Positions 26,140-36,910 of a stretch of DNA of 64,000 nt are shown piece by piece. Both the position numbers and the translations under genes were made by a program. Location of the stretch: positions 806,001 to 870,000 of the forward strand of contig JAYJKW010000106.1 in the NCBI GenBank assembly GCA_035084275.1, written 5' to 3'. The notes beneath the pieces are model-generated. The model saw only the letters and a list, made by a program, of their open reading frames with translations, was not told where the DNA came from and did not search any database. This DNA comes from Hydrolagus colliei. Taxonomy: Eukaryota. Position 1 is the stretch's first letter, and every line of letters starts with the position of its first letter.

Positions 26140-27056
26140 TCATAGAATCATAGAATTTTACGGCACAAAAGGAGGCCATTCGGCCCATCTAGTCTGTGCC
26201 GGCTCTTTGAAAAGAGCGATTCAATCCCACTGTCCTGCCCGCTCCCCATAGCCTAATAGACCAGTTCTCCCTAAATAAAGATCTAATTCCCTTTTAAAAG
26301 TTGTTATCGAATCAGCCTCCACCACCTTTTCAGGCAATGCATTCCAGAATCGAACAACTCGCTGAGTGAAAAAAATTCTCCTCAGCTCCCCTCTACTGCG
26401 CCTTGAAACTATTTTAAATCTGTGACCACGAGTCACAGATTCACCCACGAGTGGAAATAGTTTTTCTCTATTTGCCCTGTCGAAACCCCTCATGATCTTA
26501 TAAACCTCTATTAGGTCTCCCCTCAATCTTCTCTGCTCCAGAGAGAATAACACTAGCCTATCTAGCCTCTCCTCATAGCTGAAGTCCCTCAATCCTGGCA
26601 CCATCCTAGTAAATCTTCGTTGTACCCTTTCCAAAGCCTTCACATCCTTTCTGTAGTGTGGTGACCAGAATTGAACACAGTATTCCAGCTGAGGCCTCAC
26701 CAAAGTCCTATAGAGGTTAGTCAGCACTTCCTGACTTTTGTACTCTATACCCCTATTTATAAAGCCTAGTATCCCATATGCCTTCTTAACAGCCTTGTCC
26801 ACCTGTCCTGCCACCTTCAACGAGTCACTAACACAAATCCCCAGGTCGCTCTGTTCCTTTACACCATTTAAAATTGTACTATCTAGCCTACATTGCCTCC
26901 CTTCATTTCTTCTCCCAAAATGCATCACCTCACACTTCTCTGCATTAAACTTCATCTGCCATGTGTCTGCCCACTTTACCAATTTGTCTATATCCTCTTG
27001 CAGATGGCTACTATCCTCCTCACTGTTTACTATTCTCCCTAACTTAGTGTCATCTG
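26140..27056 (-). mobile_element. young 5'-truncated CR1 LINE
   Basis: Uninterrupted 253-aa RT C-terminal ORF at 26221-26982 (WQMKFNAEKCEVMHFG...RPQLEYCVQFWSP), truncated at the DDTK motif. The 3' tail is (TTCTATGA)n at ~26140-26156. Confidence 0.95.
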
Positions 27057-27248
27057 AACTTAGTGTTGTCAGAAATTTACGCTGGAATATCTGATTTGTA
27101 CACTCTCATCTACATTTAATGACGGTAGCGTTTGGATCAAATCAACTCAAATATTCATTGATATTCATTGATATCCTGAAGGTCGCTACATGATTAATAG
27201 CCGCTGATGCCACGTTATCGATCTCATTCTACTTCAGTTATCCTCTAT

Positions 27249-27436
27249 GACACAGAGAGAGAGACAGAGAGAGACACAGAGAGAGAGAGAGAGAGAGAGA
27301 GGGAGGGAGAGACACGGAGAGAGACAGATAGAGAGAGACATAGAGAGACCCAGAGAGAGGGACAGAGAGAGAGAGAGGGAGAGGGAGGGAGACACAGAGA
27401 GAGACACAGAGAGAGAGACACAGAGAGAGAGAGACG
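27249..27436. repeat. (GA)n/(GACA) microsatellite
   Basis: Visible directly in the sequence. Confidence 0.95.
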
Positions 27437-27608
27437 GTAAGCGAAACCCTTTGTGAAGCTGACAAGTGTAGACACACAGACTCATACGTTCGCAGGAGTC
27501 ACAATGATATACTTTGCTGAAGAATTTGCTGCGCTCAAGCGAGTTTCATGAAATATCAGAAAATTGTCACAGAGAAGCATATTGCTGCTCACAGGTGAAA
27601 ACGCTATT

Positions 27609-27674
27609 TTCACTGAACTGGAATCGAACCCGGGTACAGCGGTAATAGCGTCGAATCCTGGTTATACCATGGGA
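27609..27674 (-). pseudogene. tRNA-Glu pseudogene
   Basis: Minus strand TCCCATGGTATAACCAGGATTCGACGCTATTACCGCTGTACCCGGGTTCGATTCCAGTTCAGTGAA resembles vertebrate tRNA-Glu, with D-arm deletions and a mutated anticodon. Confidence 0.65.
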
Positions 27675-27914
27675 GACTTCGCTTGTAAAGAGAATACAAA
27701 TCATTGCGTTTTCACCAATTGCTTCTTACGGATTCTATACGTCTCAATGCGCTGTAAAGTGCAGTGACTTCATGTTTATAAATGGCAATCATTGAGTTTT
27801 GTGTATCTCCTTTCGCGTCTATACTACAACCGATAATATTCCTTGCGTTCAATGTAGCGCTTGTCGTGTTAGCTAGACGACGGGAAGCACTTCACAGAAT
27901 TTATCCGATAAAGA

Positions 27915-28590
27915 ACTCGCCTTCCACCTGTGTTCCCCCCGCGCTGCCGAAACACTCGTGCACACGTACATCACCTCACGGCTGGATTACGGAAACTTTC
28001 TCCTCATCGGCCTCCCCAGTTCCTCCATTCACAGGCTGCAGTTCATCCAAAACTCTGCAGCCCGTGTACTATCCCGCACCCGCCTCCGTGACCACATAAC
28101 CCCCACCCTCGCCCGTCTCCACTGTCTCCCCATCCTCCAGAGGATCGAGTTCAAGATCCTCGTCCTCACCTACAAGGCCTTACACGGCCTTGCCCCGCCC
28201 TACCTAACCGATCTACTCTCCCCCTACACGCCCATCCGGACCCTCCGTTCAGCAGGACTTGGCCTGCTCCAAGCCCCCCGCCCGAACCCCCCCCCCCCCC
28301 CACCATCGGAGGCCGGGCCTTCAGTTTCTCCGCTCCCACCCTATGGAATGCCATCCCTCAATCCCTCCGTTTCGTCTCTTCCCTTTCCTCTTTCAAGGCC
28401 GGTTTGAAGACTTTCCTCTTCGATCGTGCCTTTTGTTCCCCACCCCCCGAACTCTTTTACCTCCCCTTCGTGTTTCACCCCTTCCCAAACACTCCCCTCC
28501 CAGCTCGGGTCACATGCCTCCTGTGCAGCGCCTTGGGACGTCCTCCCCACGTGAAAGGCGCTCTATAAATGTCAATTGTTGTTGTTGTTG
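27915..28590 (+). mobile_element. L2 LINE 3' fragment, relatively young
   Basis: ITSRLDYGNFLLIGLP...LQFIQNSAARVL...HITPTLARLHCLPI...FKILVLTYKALHGLAPPYL; 3' end gtgaaaggcgctctataaat followed by (TTG)n. Confidence 0.92.
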
Positions 28591-28709
28591 TGAGGAGAGG
28601 ACGGAACAAAACGCCCGGAAAATGGCGAATTATTATCCCTGTTATTGTGGCTCTCACAGCGTCTCTCTCTCTCTCTCTCTCTCTGTGTTTCTCTCAGTCG
28701 CTCTCCCAC

Positions 28710-30360
28710 GAAACACACAGTCACTACACTGTGACCCTCAAACACAGTCACTAAACTGTGACCCTCACACACAGTGACTACACTGTGACCCTCCAACACA
28801 GTGAGAGAGGAGAAGATGAGAGAGAGATCTGTTTATAGCCTATGATAAACATAGAGAGAGAGAGAGAGAATGAGAGAGAGAATGAAGGTGAGTTAGCGAG
28901 AGAGAGAGAGAGTCCTGTCTCTAGCCTGAGATACACTCACACAGAGAGAGAGGGAGAGAGAGAGAGTGAGAGACCTCTGCAGCCTGAGGTGCCCTCACTG
29001 AGAGAGAGAAGGTGGGAGAGAGAGATGTTATTACAGCCTGGGATTCACAGAGAGAGAGAGAGACCTCTAGAGTCTGAGATACAAACAGGGAGAGAGGAGA
29101 TGTGTGTGTGTGTGTGAGATGCGGATATTTGTATAGCCTGAGATATACTGAGAGAGAGAGAGACCTCGTTGTAGCTGAAATGCACTCACACAGAGAGAGG
29201 GAGAAGATGAGCGAGAGAGTGAGCGAGATCTCTACAGCCTGAGATACAGAGAGAGAGAGAGAGAGAGAAGGTGTGAGAGATAAATATACATATCCCTACA
29301 CCTGGAGGTACAGAGAGAGAGAGATATGTCGACAGCCTGAGATACACTCACACAGAGAGAGGGAGGAGGTGAGAAAGAGAGAGAGAGAGTGGGGTGTCAG
29401 GGGGGGGCATATGCGAGAGGGATATATAGAGACCTGTTTACTGCCTATGATCCACTCACACAGAGAGAGAGAGAGAGCGCGAGAAGGTGAGAGACAGAGA
29501 GAAGGGAAGAGAGTGTTAGAGAGAGAGAGCTCTCTGCAGCCTGAGATACACACACACACACAGATAGAGAGAAGGGGGGCGGGGGTGTGAGAGAGAGGTA
29601 CACTAACAGAATGACACAGAGACAGTGTGAGAGAGAGAGAGAGAGTCTGAGACACACACACACATAGAGAGAGAGGGATAGATACACATATACAGAGTGG
29701 GGGGGAGACACGTGCAGAGAGAGGGGGGGCGATAAACATACTCATCAAGAGAGAGGGGGAGACACACACATACAGAGAGAGGAGAGACACCCATACTTAC
29801 AGAGAGGGAGAGAGAGACATACAGAGAGAGAGACATACAGAGAGAGGGGAGACACCCATACATACAGAGAGGGAGAGAGAGACATACAGAGAGAGACATA
29901 CAGAGAGAGGGGGGGACAACTATACTCATACAGTGAGATGGGGGTGGTGGGGAGACATACACACATTTGGAGCGAGAGACACACACATACAGAGAGAGGG
30001 AGAGAAGCACACTCATACAGAGCGGGAGGTTGTGGGGGACACACTCACAGACATAGAGAGGGGTGGGGGAAACACACACACACACACACATGCAGAGAGA
30101 GGGAGGCTAGAAACATAAGCACAGAGGCAGACACATACACTCAGCCCCCGCCTCTCACCCAGACACACAGCCACACCCCACACATACAGGCCCCTCACAC
30201 AGCCACCCACACCCCCCACATACAGCTCCCCCTCCCCACACACATACACTCAGCCCCCACACACATAAACCCCCCTCATGCAGACATATACCCCACCCTC
30301 CCCACGCACATAGTACCCCCTCAAACAGCCACGACCCCCACCCCCCCCCCCCACCCCATA
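28710..30360. repeat. compound minisatellite / low-complexity block
   Basis: 26-bp unit x3 (acacagtcactacactgtgaccctca), then GA-rich units with a cagcctgagatacac core, acatacagagagag units, and a CA/C-rich tract. Confidence 0.9.
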
Positions 30361-30727
30361 ATGTGTATGTTGGTGCAGTCCTGTATCTCAGTGTTTGGAG
30401 CAATCGCCTTACAAGCCAGAGACATGGGTTCAATTCCAGACAGGGAGCAGCAGCTCGGGCAGGTTTCCATCTCCACACGTCTAATAACAACCCCACATAC
30501 AACACATAATGACATAATACTGACATCATTATTAGATAAGAAATAATAATTAATTCATTAATTAATTGGGAAACAACAAGAAATACGAAACAATTGAAAA
30601 TAATTTAAAAATTGATTAGAAAAATTAATTGGAAAAAATCTAAATTGGAAAAAAGCCAAATACCAAACAATTTAAGTTTAAAAAAAACAATCTAGTGACA
30701 GCCAGTGGGCGGGTCTCTCTCTCTCTC

Positions 30728-31046
30728 CTGTCAATCACTGATTACCAGGGAAACGGGGGGCGTCTCTCTCTCCCTTTCCTGTGAATGACTGGTTACCAGG
30801 GAAACGGGGGGCGTCTCTCTCTGTTCTGTCAATCACCGATTACCACGGAAACGGGGTACGTCTCTCGCTCCCTTTCCTGTCAATGACTGGTTACCTGGGA
30901 AACGGAGGGCGTCTCTCTCCTGTCAATCACAGGTTACCATGGTAACGGGCGGGGCGTCTCTCGCTCCCTTTCCTGTCATTGATTGGTTACCTGGGAAACT
31001 GGGGGCGTCTCTCTCTCTCCTGTCAATCACTGGTTACCACGGAGAC
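30728..31046 (+). promoter_or_regulatory. tandem promoter array: 7 x [CTGTCAATCA-like + 3 bp + X-box + GC box]
   Basis: Units start at about 30728, 30779, 30826, 30877, 30920, 30973 and 31020. A perfect palindromic X-box GTTACCATGGTAAC is at 30933. The array is followed by GCGTCA, the E-box GTCACGTG and a donor GTGAGT at 31099 (putative end of a non-coding exon 1). Confidence 0.7.
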
Positions 31047-31290
31047 AGTGCTGCGCGCAGGCATTCCGCGTCATCAACTTCGGTCAGCAGGTCACGTGGT
31101 GAGTGTCCCTGCTGGCGGCGGCAGAGACACAGAGAGAGCTGCCTGTGTACAGCCTGAGATACAGACGGTCAGGGGGAGAGAGAGAGAGAGGGTGAGGCTG
31201 TGTGTGTGTAGGAGGGCCTGGTGTGAGGGTGAGTGTGTGTGTCTCTGTGTGTGTGTCCCTGACCCCCCCCCCCTTGTCTCCCTGTAGGTG

Positions 31291-31803
31291 NNNNNNNNNN
31301 NNNNNNNNNNNNNNNNNNNNNNNNNNNNNNNNNNNNNNNNNNNNNNNNNNNNNNNNNNNNNNNNNNNNNNNNNNNNNNNNNNNNNNNNNNNNNNNNNNNN
31401 NNNNNNNNNNNNNNNNNNNNNNNNNNNNNNNNNNNNNNNNNNNNNNNNNNNNNNNNNNNNNNNNNNNNNNNNNNNNNNNNNNNNNNNNNNNNNNNNNNNN
31501 NNNNNNNNNNTGTATGTGTNNNNNNNNNNNNNNNNNNNNNNNNNNNNNNNNNNNNNNNNNNNNNNNNNNNNNNNNNNNNNNNNNNNNNNNNNNNNNNNNN
31601 NNNNNNNNNNNNNNNNNNNNNNNNNNNNNNNNNNNNNNNNNNNNNNNNNNNNNNNNNNNNNNNNNNNNNNNNNNNNNNNNNNNNNNNNNNNNNNNNNNNN
31701 NNNNNNNNNNNNNNNNNNNNNNNNNNNNNNNNNNNNNNNNNNNNNNNNNNNNNNNNNNNNNNNNNNNNNNNNNNNNNNNNNNNNNNNNNNNNNNNNNNNN
31801 NNN
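31291..31803. other. assembly gaps (N runs) inside a GT-rich tandem repeat
   Basis: Two N runs separated by 9 called bases. Confidence 1.
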
Positions 31804-32094
31804 GGATGAGTGTGTCTGCGTGTGTCCCTCACACCCCTTTTGTCCCCCTGTAGGAGAGACTGGTGTGAGGGTGAGTGTGGCTGTGTGAGAGTGTGTGTGT
31901 GTGTGTGGCTATGTGTGTGTCCCTGACCCTCCTCGCCTGCCTGTAGGGGGTCCTGATGTGTGGGTCAGTGTGGCTGCTGTCTATGTGTGTGTGTGTGTGA
32001 ATCATTGTCTCCCTGTAGGGGCTGCATTTGACCATATGTTTGGCTGGTAACACATCAGGTGTAAGTTTGTGCTGCTGACACAAGGCAGCAGAGA

Positions 32095-35000
32095 ATGTCT
32101 GAGGAAACCCAAGCCAGCAACATGGAGTTTGTCATTACCCCAGGGAAAGGTAACCACTCAATGTATCTGTACCTTTGTTTGAGAAAAAGAGAATTAAGGT
32201 TATAATATTTAGGAAATGTACAGCACAAAAGGCGTTAAAACAGAAAGCTCAATGGTGGACGTGCAGAAAAGCATGTGAGACTAACAAAACTCGGAAAACA
32301 AGATAAAGTCACACCCACAATTAACACCTGCTTAGTCCATCTGTGTCAGCAGTCTCGAACCCAGAGCATTGACTAACAAAGGGGGTCAATGTACCGATAA
32401 GAGATGTGTGAAGTGAATGTGATTGAAAGGAGGTAAATCCTCCCACATGAAATGTAAAGGATAAACACAGATGTAACCTAAGTGACGGGGTCGTTAACTT
32501 GGTGAAGCTTCGACCCTATCCCTGTACCAGACTGAGCGACTGGTTCAGAGATAGATAATAAATGTACTTGGAGTAACTAAACGTTTTGAGGTATATTTAT
32601 TGTATATGTGTATGAATGAGTTTTAGGAGAAGGACCAATAAACAAAATATACCTAGCAACCTTACTGTGTTTACTTATTGTTTAAATGTTCATTCTAGCT
32701 TTATTGATAACTTGCCCATGCATTACTTGCATTTCGCCTACAATTATACAGTCAATTGACTTTATAGTATATTGTGCAAAGCGCTTCGACATGTCGATAT
32801 GGTGTGAAAAGCGTTATATCAAAAGCAAGTATATTATTATTTGATATTTCACTTTTCAGGTCTTCTAGATGTCTCAAAACGCTTCACAGAATATACTGTA
32901 AAGAAAATTTACTGTATATTTGTGGAGAAAACTCAGCAGCAAATCATGCCTAGCAGTGTCCCACAAACAGCAGTGCAATGAAATAATCAATTTTTTTTTT
33001 TAGCAAACACTGGAAGCAAATATTCGAAGGAAGTAAGTAAACCTTTGCATGTGGCAGGACAGCTAGATAAGGCTGTTAAAAAAGCATACGGAATACTAGG
33101 CTTTATAAGTTGTGGCATTGAGTACAAAGGTTAGGAAACTTTAATTATCCTGTAGAAAACATGGTTTAAGCTTCAGCTAGAGTGCTGTGTTTCGATTCTG
33201 GGCACCATACTTTAGGAAGGACTTTACGGACTTGGAAAGGGTGCAGAGGAAATCCACCGCGATGTTAGCAGGATTGAGGGACTTTAGTTATGAGAAAAGT
33301 CTAGAAAGTCTAGGATTATTCTCATTGGAGCAGAGTAGGTTATGAGTAGACCTGATAGAGGATTTTTTCATTCAGCGAGTTGTTCGAATCTGGAAAGAAT
33401 TGCCTGAAAGGGTATTGGGGGCCGAATTGATAACAACACGAGGTGGGTAGTTATTTAGGGAGGACAGGTTTTGCGGGGTTATTGGGAGAAATCCGGGGAG
33501 TCGGATTGACATTGAATTGTTATTTTCAAAGAGCCAGCACAAGACTCAATGTGTCAATATGCCTCACTTCAGCTGTAAAATTCTACGATACTATACTTCT
33601 GTTATTGTAAGGCATAAGGAGTGAGGAAACTGACAGAAATTTAACCAGGTTTCTCGTTTATAATACGAGTGCTCTAACAGCAGAGCCACAGGATTTATTG
33701 GATATTGACTTAAGGAATTAATTGTACTGAACTGCATTTTTGTGCTTAATTTGTTTCTCATAATAATATTTTATAATAGTGATATTCCTTGCATTTGTTA
33801 TAGCGCTTTTCAAATAATCTGGATGATTTACACTACTTTGCAGAATATACCGAACAATGAATTGATGGTATATTTTACTGTCGAATCATGGCAGCCAACA
33901 ACAACAACCAGTTTTTTTTTTGAAGTATTTTTGGTTTAGGAAATCTATCAACCGGGTTCATATTTACTGCTATGCAAACAGAGGCTTGTGGTGTGAGGAA
34001 ATTGGCTAAGGATTTTTCACTCCTGGGAATCAAGCCCGGATTCTCTTGTGCAAGGCACTGTCCAAGTTGATTAGGAGCAACTTTATTTACTTTCCACAAA
34101 CTCTAACATCTCTCAGCCAAAAGCTGTTAGTGCTTTGTAGTCTCTGTGTACATCCTGTTTTACAATTCTGCTCTTTTTTTATATAAATGTACTCTATAGA
34201 GCCCAGAATTGCAAATAGCTTGAGCTGCAAACGGAATCAATTGACGGGAGGAGAGGCTGGGAGCAACAGATACAATTTGAAAAAGAGGGAGACAAGAAAT
34301 AACACTGAGGACAAGGATCTTCGTGACGAAGATAACCTATGTAAGTGATAAATCAATCAGAGTTTCTAAGTATAAAATGGTCCAGTACAGCAACTATGCC
34401 TTAGCATTGATGACGAGCTTTTAAGGTGAAGTTCCTCTGGTGTTTCAGGTAAGAATGCAACTGTTGGAACGAGAAGCAACTTATATAGAGTCCTCAAGAC
34501 ATCCTGGAGCACTTTGAAGGATTATATTGTGAATTGTTGCAGATTCCACAGCGATGACCCCACAAACAGCCATGAGGTGACAGACTAAATTTATCTTGGA
34601 TATTGAAAGCCGGGACACTGCGGTGAAACCGAGAAAGATAAACTTGCCCACCAACCCCCCCCTTTGGAATCATTCCATCATAATGCTAATGTTTACCTGA
34701 ACAAAATGGCTGGGGAACTGGGCTAAAAATTTCATCAGAAGTGCGGCAGCTCAGAAAATGGAACACATTCCCCACATTAATGTTAGTTTGTACCAGTGAC
34801 CTGGCCAGGTATCCTCTTCACTAATTATTCACTCACCTCATGGCTGATTGTGAGAAGTTGCTGGTTGCAAAATACTGACACTGACAAAACCTGACCTGCA
34901 TGAAGGGGGCGCTTTATAAATGCAATGCCACACTGACCCACATTTGACAGTGGGTAGAGCAAAGCATTGACTTGGGCAGGTTTTGTATAAATGCAAGAAT

Positions 35001-35900
35001 AGATTGATCGCACACCAATTGCCAAACAATGCACTCGCATGTATGTCACTTATACAAATATTTCCTGGTTTCCATCAGCAGCAGAAAAGGGCATCTCTCA
35101 GACAGGATCTCCACAGGATCGCCAGCCATCGATCTCAGGAGAGAGACTTTATGATTGTTCCCAATGTGGGAAGAGCTGCACACATTCAGCAATCCTGCAC
35201 CAGCGATCACATATAGGGGAGAAACAATATAAATGTGCTGAATGTGGTAAGCGATTCATGAGTTCAAAAAATCTCAAGGTTCACTATCAAACACACACAG
35301 GAGAGAGACCGTACAAATGTGCTGAATGTGGAAAGAGTTTCAAAACATCAGGTGCCATAAAAGTACACTATCGATCACACACAGGAGAGAGACCATACAA
35401 ATGTGCTGAATGTGGAAAGAGTTTCCAAACAGCTGGGCATATGAAAATACACCATCGATCACATACAGGAGAGAGGCCATACGAATGTGCTGAATGTGGA
35501 AAGAGTTTCACAATATCATCCCATCTCCAGGTTCACTATCGATCACATACAGGAGAGAGGCCGTATAAATGTGCTGAATGTGGAAAGAGTTTCAAGACAT
35601 CACGCGGCATAAAAGTACACTATCGAACACACACAGGAGAGAGACCATACAAATGTGCTGAATGTGGAAAGAGTTTCAAAACATCAGGCGTGCTCCAGCA
35701 ACACCATCGGACACACGAGGGAGAGACCATATAAATGTGCTGAATGTGGAAAGAGTTTCAAAACATCAGGAGAGTTGAAAAAACACCAGCGATCACACAC
35801 GGGAGAGAGACCATATAAATGTGCTGAATGTGGAGTGAGATTCACAAGGAAACAGCACCTCCAAAGTCACCAGGAAACGCACACACGAGACACGGTATAA
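32095..35900 (+). CDS. C2H2 zinc-finger gene, PRDM9-derived-like (SSXRD-like exon + finger array, no PR/SET); frameshift in the array
   Basis: Predicted coding exons 32095-32149 ([18 protein letters not shown]), 34200-34340 (...[24 protein letters not shown]) and 35079 onward. All junctions are GT-AG, phase 1 and in frame. Eight canonical and two degenerate fingers; a 2-nt slip near 35716 gives a stop at 35734. Confidence 0.75.
32176..32658 (+). mobile_element. probable solo LTR (483 bp) in the zinc-finger gene intron
   Basis: TG...CA termini flanked by a perfect 5-bp direct repeat ACCTT (32171-32175, 32659-32663). AATAAA near 32557 and 32637. Confidence 0.55.
33040..33600 (+). mobile_element. 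CR1 LINE 3' fragment, degenerate
   Basis: Colinear with the CR1 at 26140-27056 (gataaggctgttaaaaaagcatacggaatactaggc...ctgtaaaattctacgatactat). Confidence 0.85.
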
Positions 35901-36399
35901 ATGTGCGGATAGTGGGAAGCCTTTTGCAGGGGCTGGTCAGCAGAAAAATCACAAACGCTCGGAGACGCCGTTACTACTTTAGAGCTTTCCATTTCAAACC
36001 ACATCAGATGCTGCTTTGAGAAGTGATTATGATAATAGTTTGATGGATATGATACAGTGATCCACTTGATCTAATACCATTGACTCGCAATCTATTGTCG
36101 TGAAAAATCTTCCTGACGTTAAATGCGCCAACCAAATGTATTTGTGTGGTTTTTGTAATATTACCATAACTAATATTAAAGCCATTGACATGCAATACAT
36201 TGCCATATTCATTAGGTTCCTCATGTAAGGAATATGATGATAAAGCCTTTATCCCCAAATAGAGATGAATCTGAAGTGAATGTATAGAGGGATATACAGC
36301 AGGACAGATACATTATTTCGCAAACAATATGCTTAGAGATAGGCCAAGGCAGTTGGACAAGAGATTGACTCTGGTGTAATGAACGGAGGGAGCTTGATG

Positions 36400-36910
36400 A
36401 CCGATTTGACTGGCGAGAGCTGGAATCCGTAATTGAGAGATGTCTGCAGGCCGCAAAAGCAATATTCTTGTGCTTCCCATCCAAAAGCATGAGAACATTG
36501 ACAAACACACTTTTTACATCAGGTTTCAAATTACTAAATACTGCCAGCTGAATTCAGGAGCTGGGTGAAGGAAACGAGTTGCTGGCTTTGGGAAATGGTC
36601 ACAAGAAGAATAGTCGAAGAATTGATGTGCTTTGAAAGAGGGCAGAAACGCACACTGTGAATCGACTAAAATGAAAACATTTGTCAGATGGGGTTGGGGT
36701 ACATGAGGAAAGCTGTTGTTTCCTCCTTCAACTCCCAACCCCAGACCCTCCACTTTGACGTCCCCATTGGTCACTCCAAATCCCTCCATCTCCCTCCAAC
36801 CCCGCTGTCCCCAGCTCGAGTCTGAATCAATGACTGTCCATTGCCATTTGACGTCCTCCTGACGTGAAAGACGCTATCCAAGTGTATTCTTGTTGTTCTT
36901 GTTGTTGTTT
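36400..36910 (+). mobile_element. unclassified interspersed repeat ending in an L2-type tail
   Basis: About 370 bp is homologous to 41630-42015 (opposite strand). Ends gacgtcctcctgacgtgaaagacgctat...(TTG)n. Confidence 0.6.

Noticed and set aside
27207-30546. Many ER-rich, SL-rich and CV-rich ORFs
   Set aside because: They are translations of GA/CT/CA microsatellites.
30728-31046. Repeat-spacer-like periodicity suggesting CRISPR
   Set aside because: There are no unique spacers; it is a tandem minisatellite of transcription-factor-like motifs.
31092-31888. Long ORFs spanning 31.1-31.9 kb
   Set aside because: Artefacts of the N runs.
34341-35078. Possible zinc-knuckle or PR/SET exon in the intron (e.g. 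gattgtgagaag near 34856)
   Set aside because: There is no AG acceptor at that position, and I found no CxxC...C..HGP, FGPY or NWMRYVNC motifs by eye.
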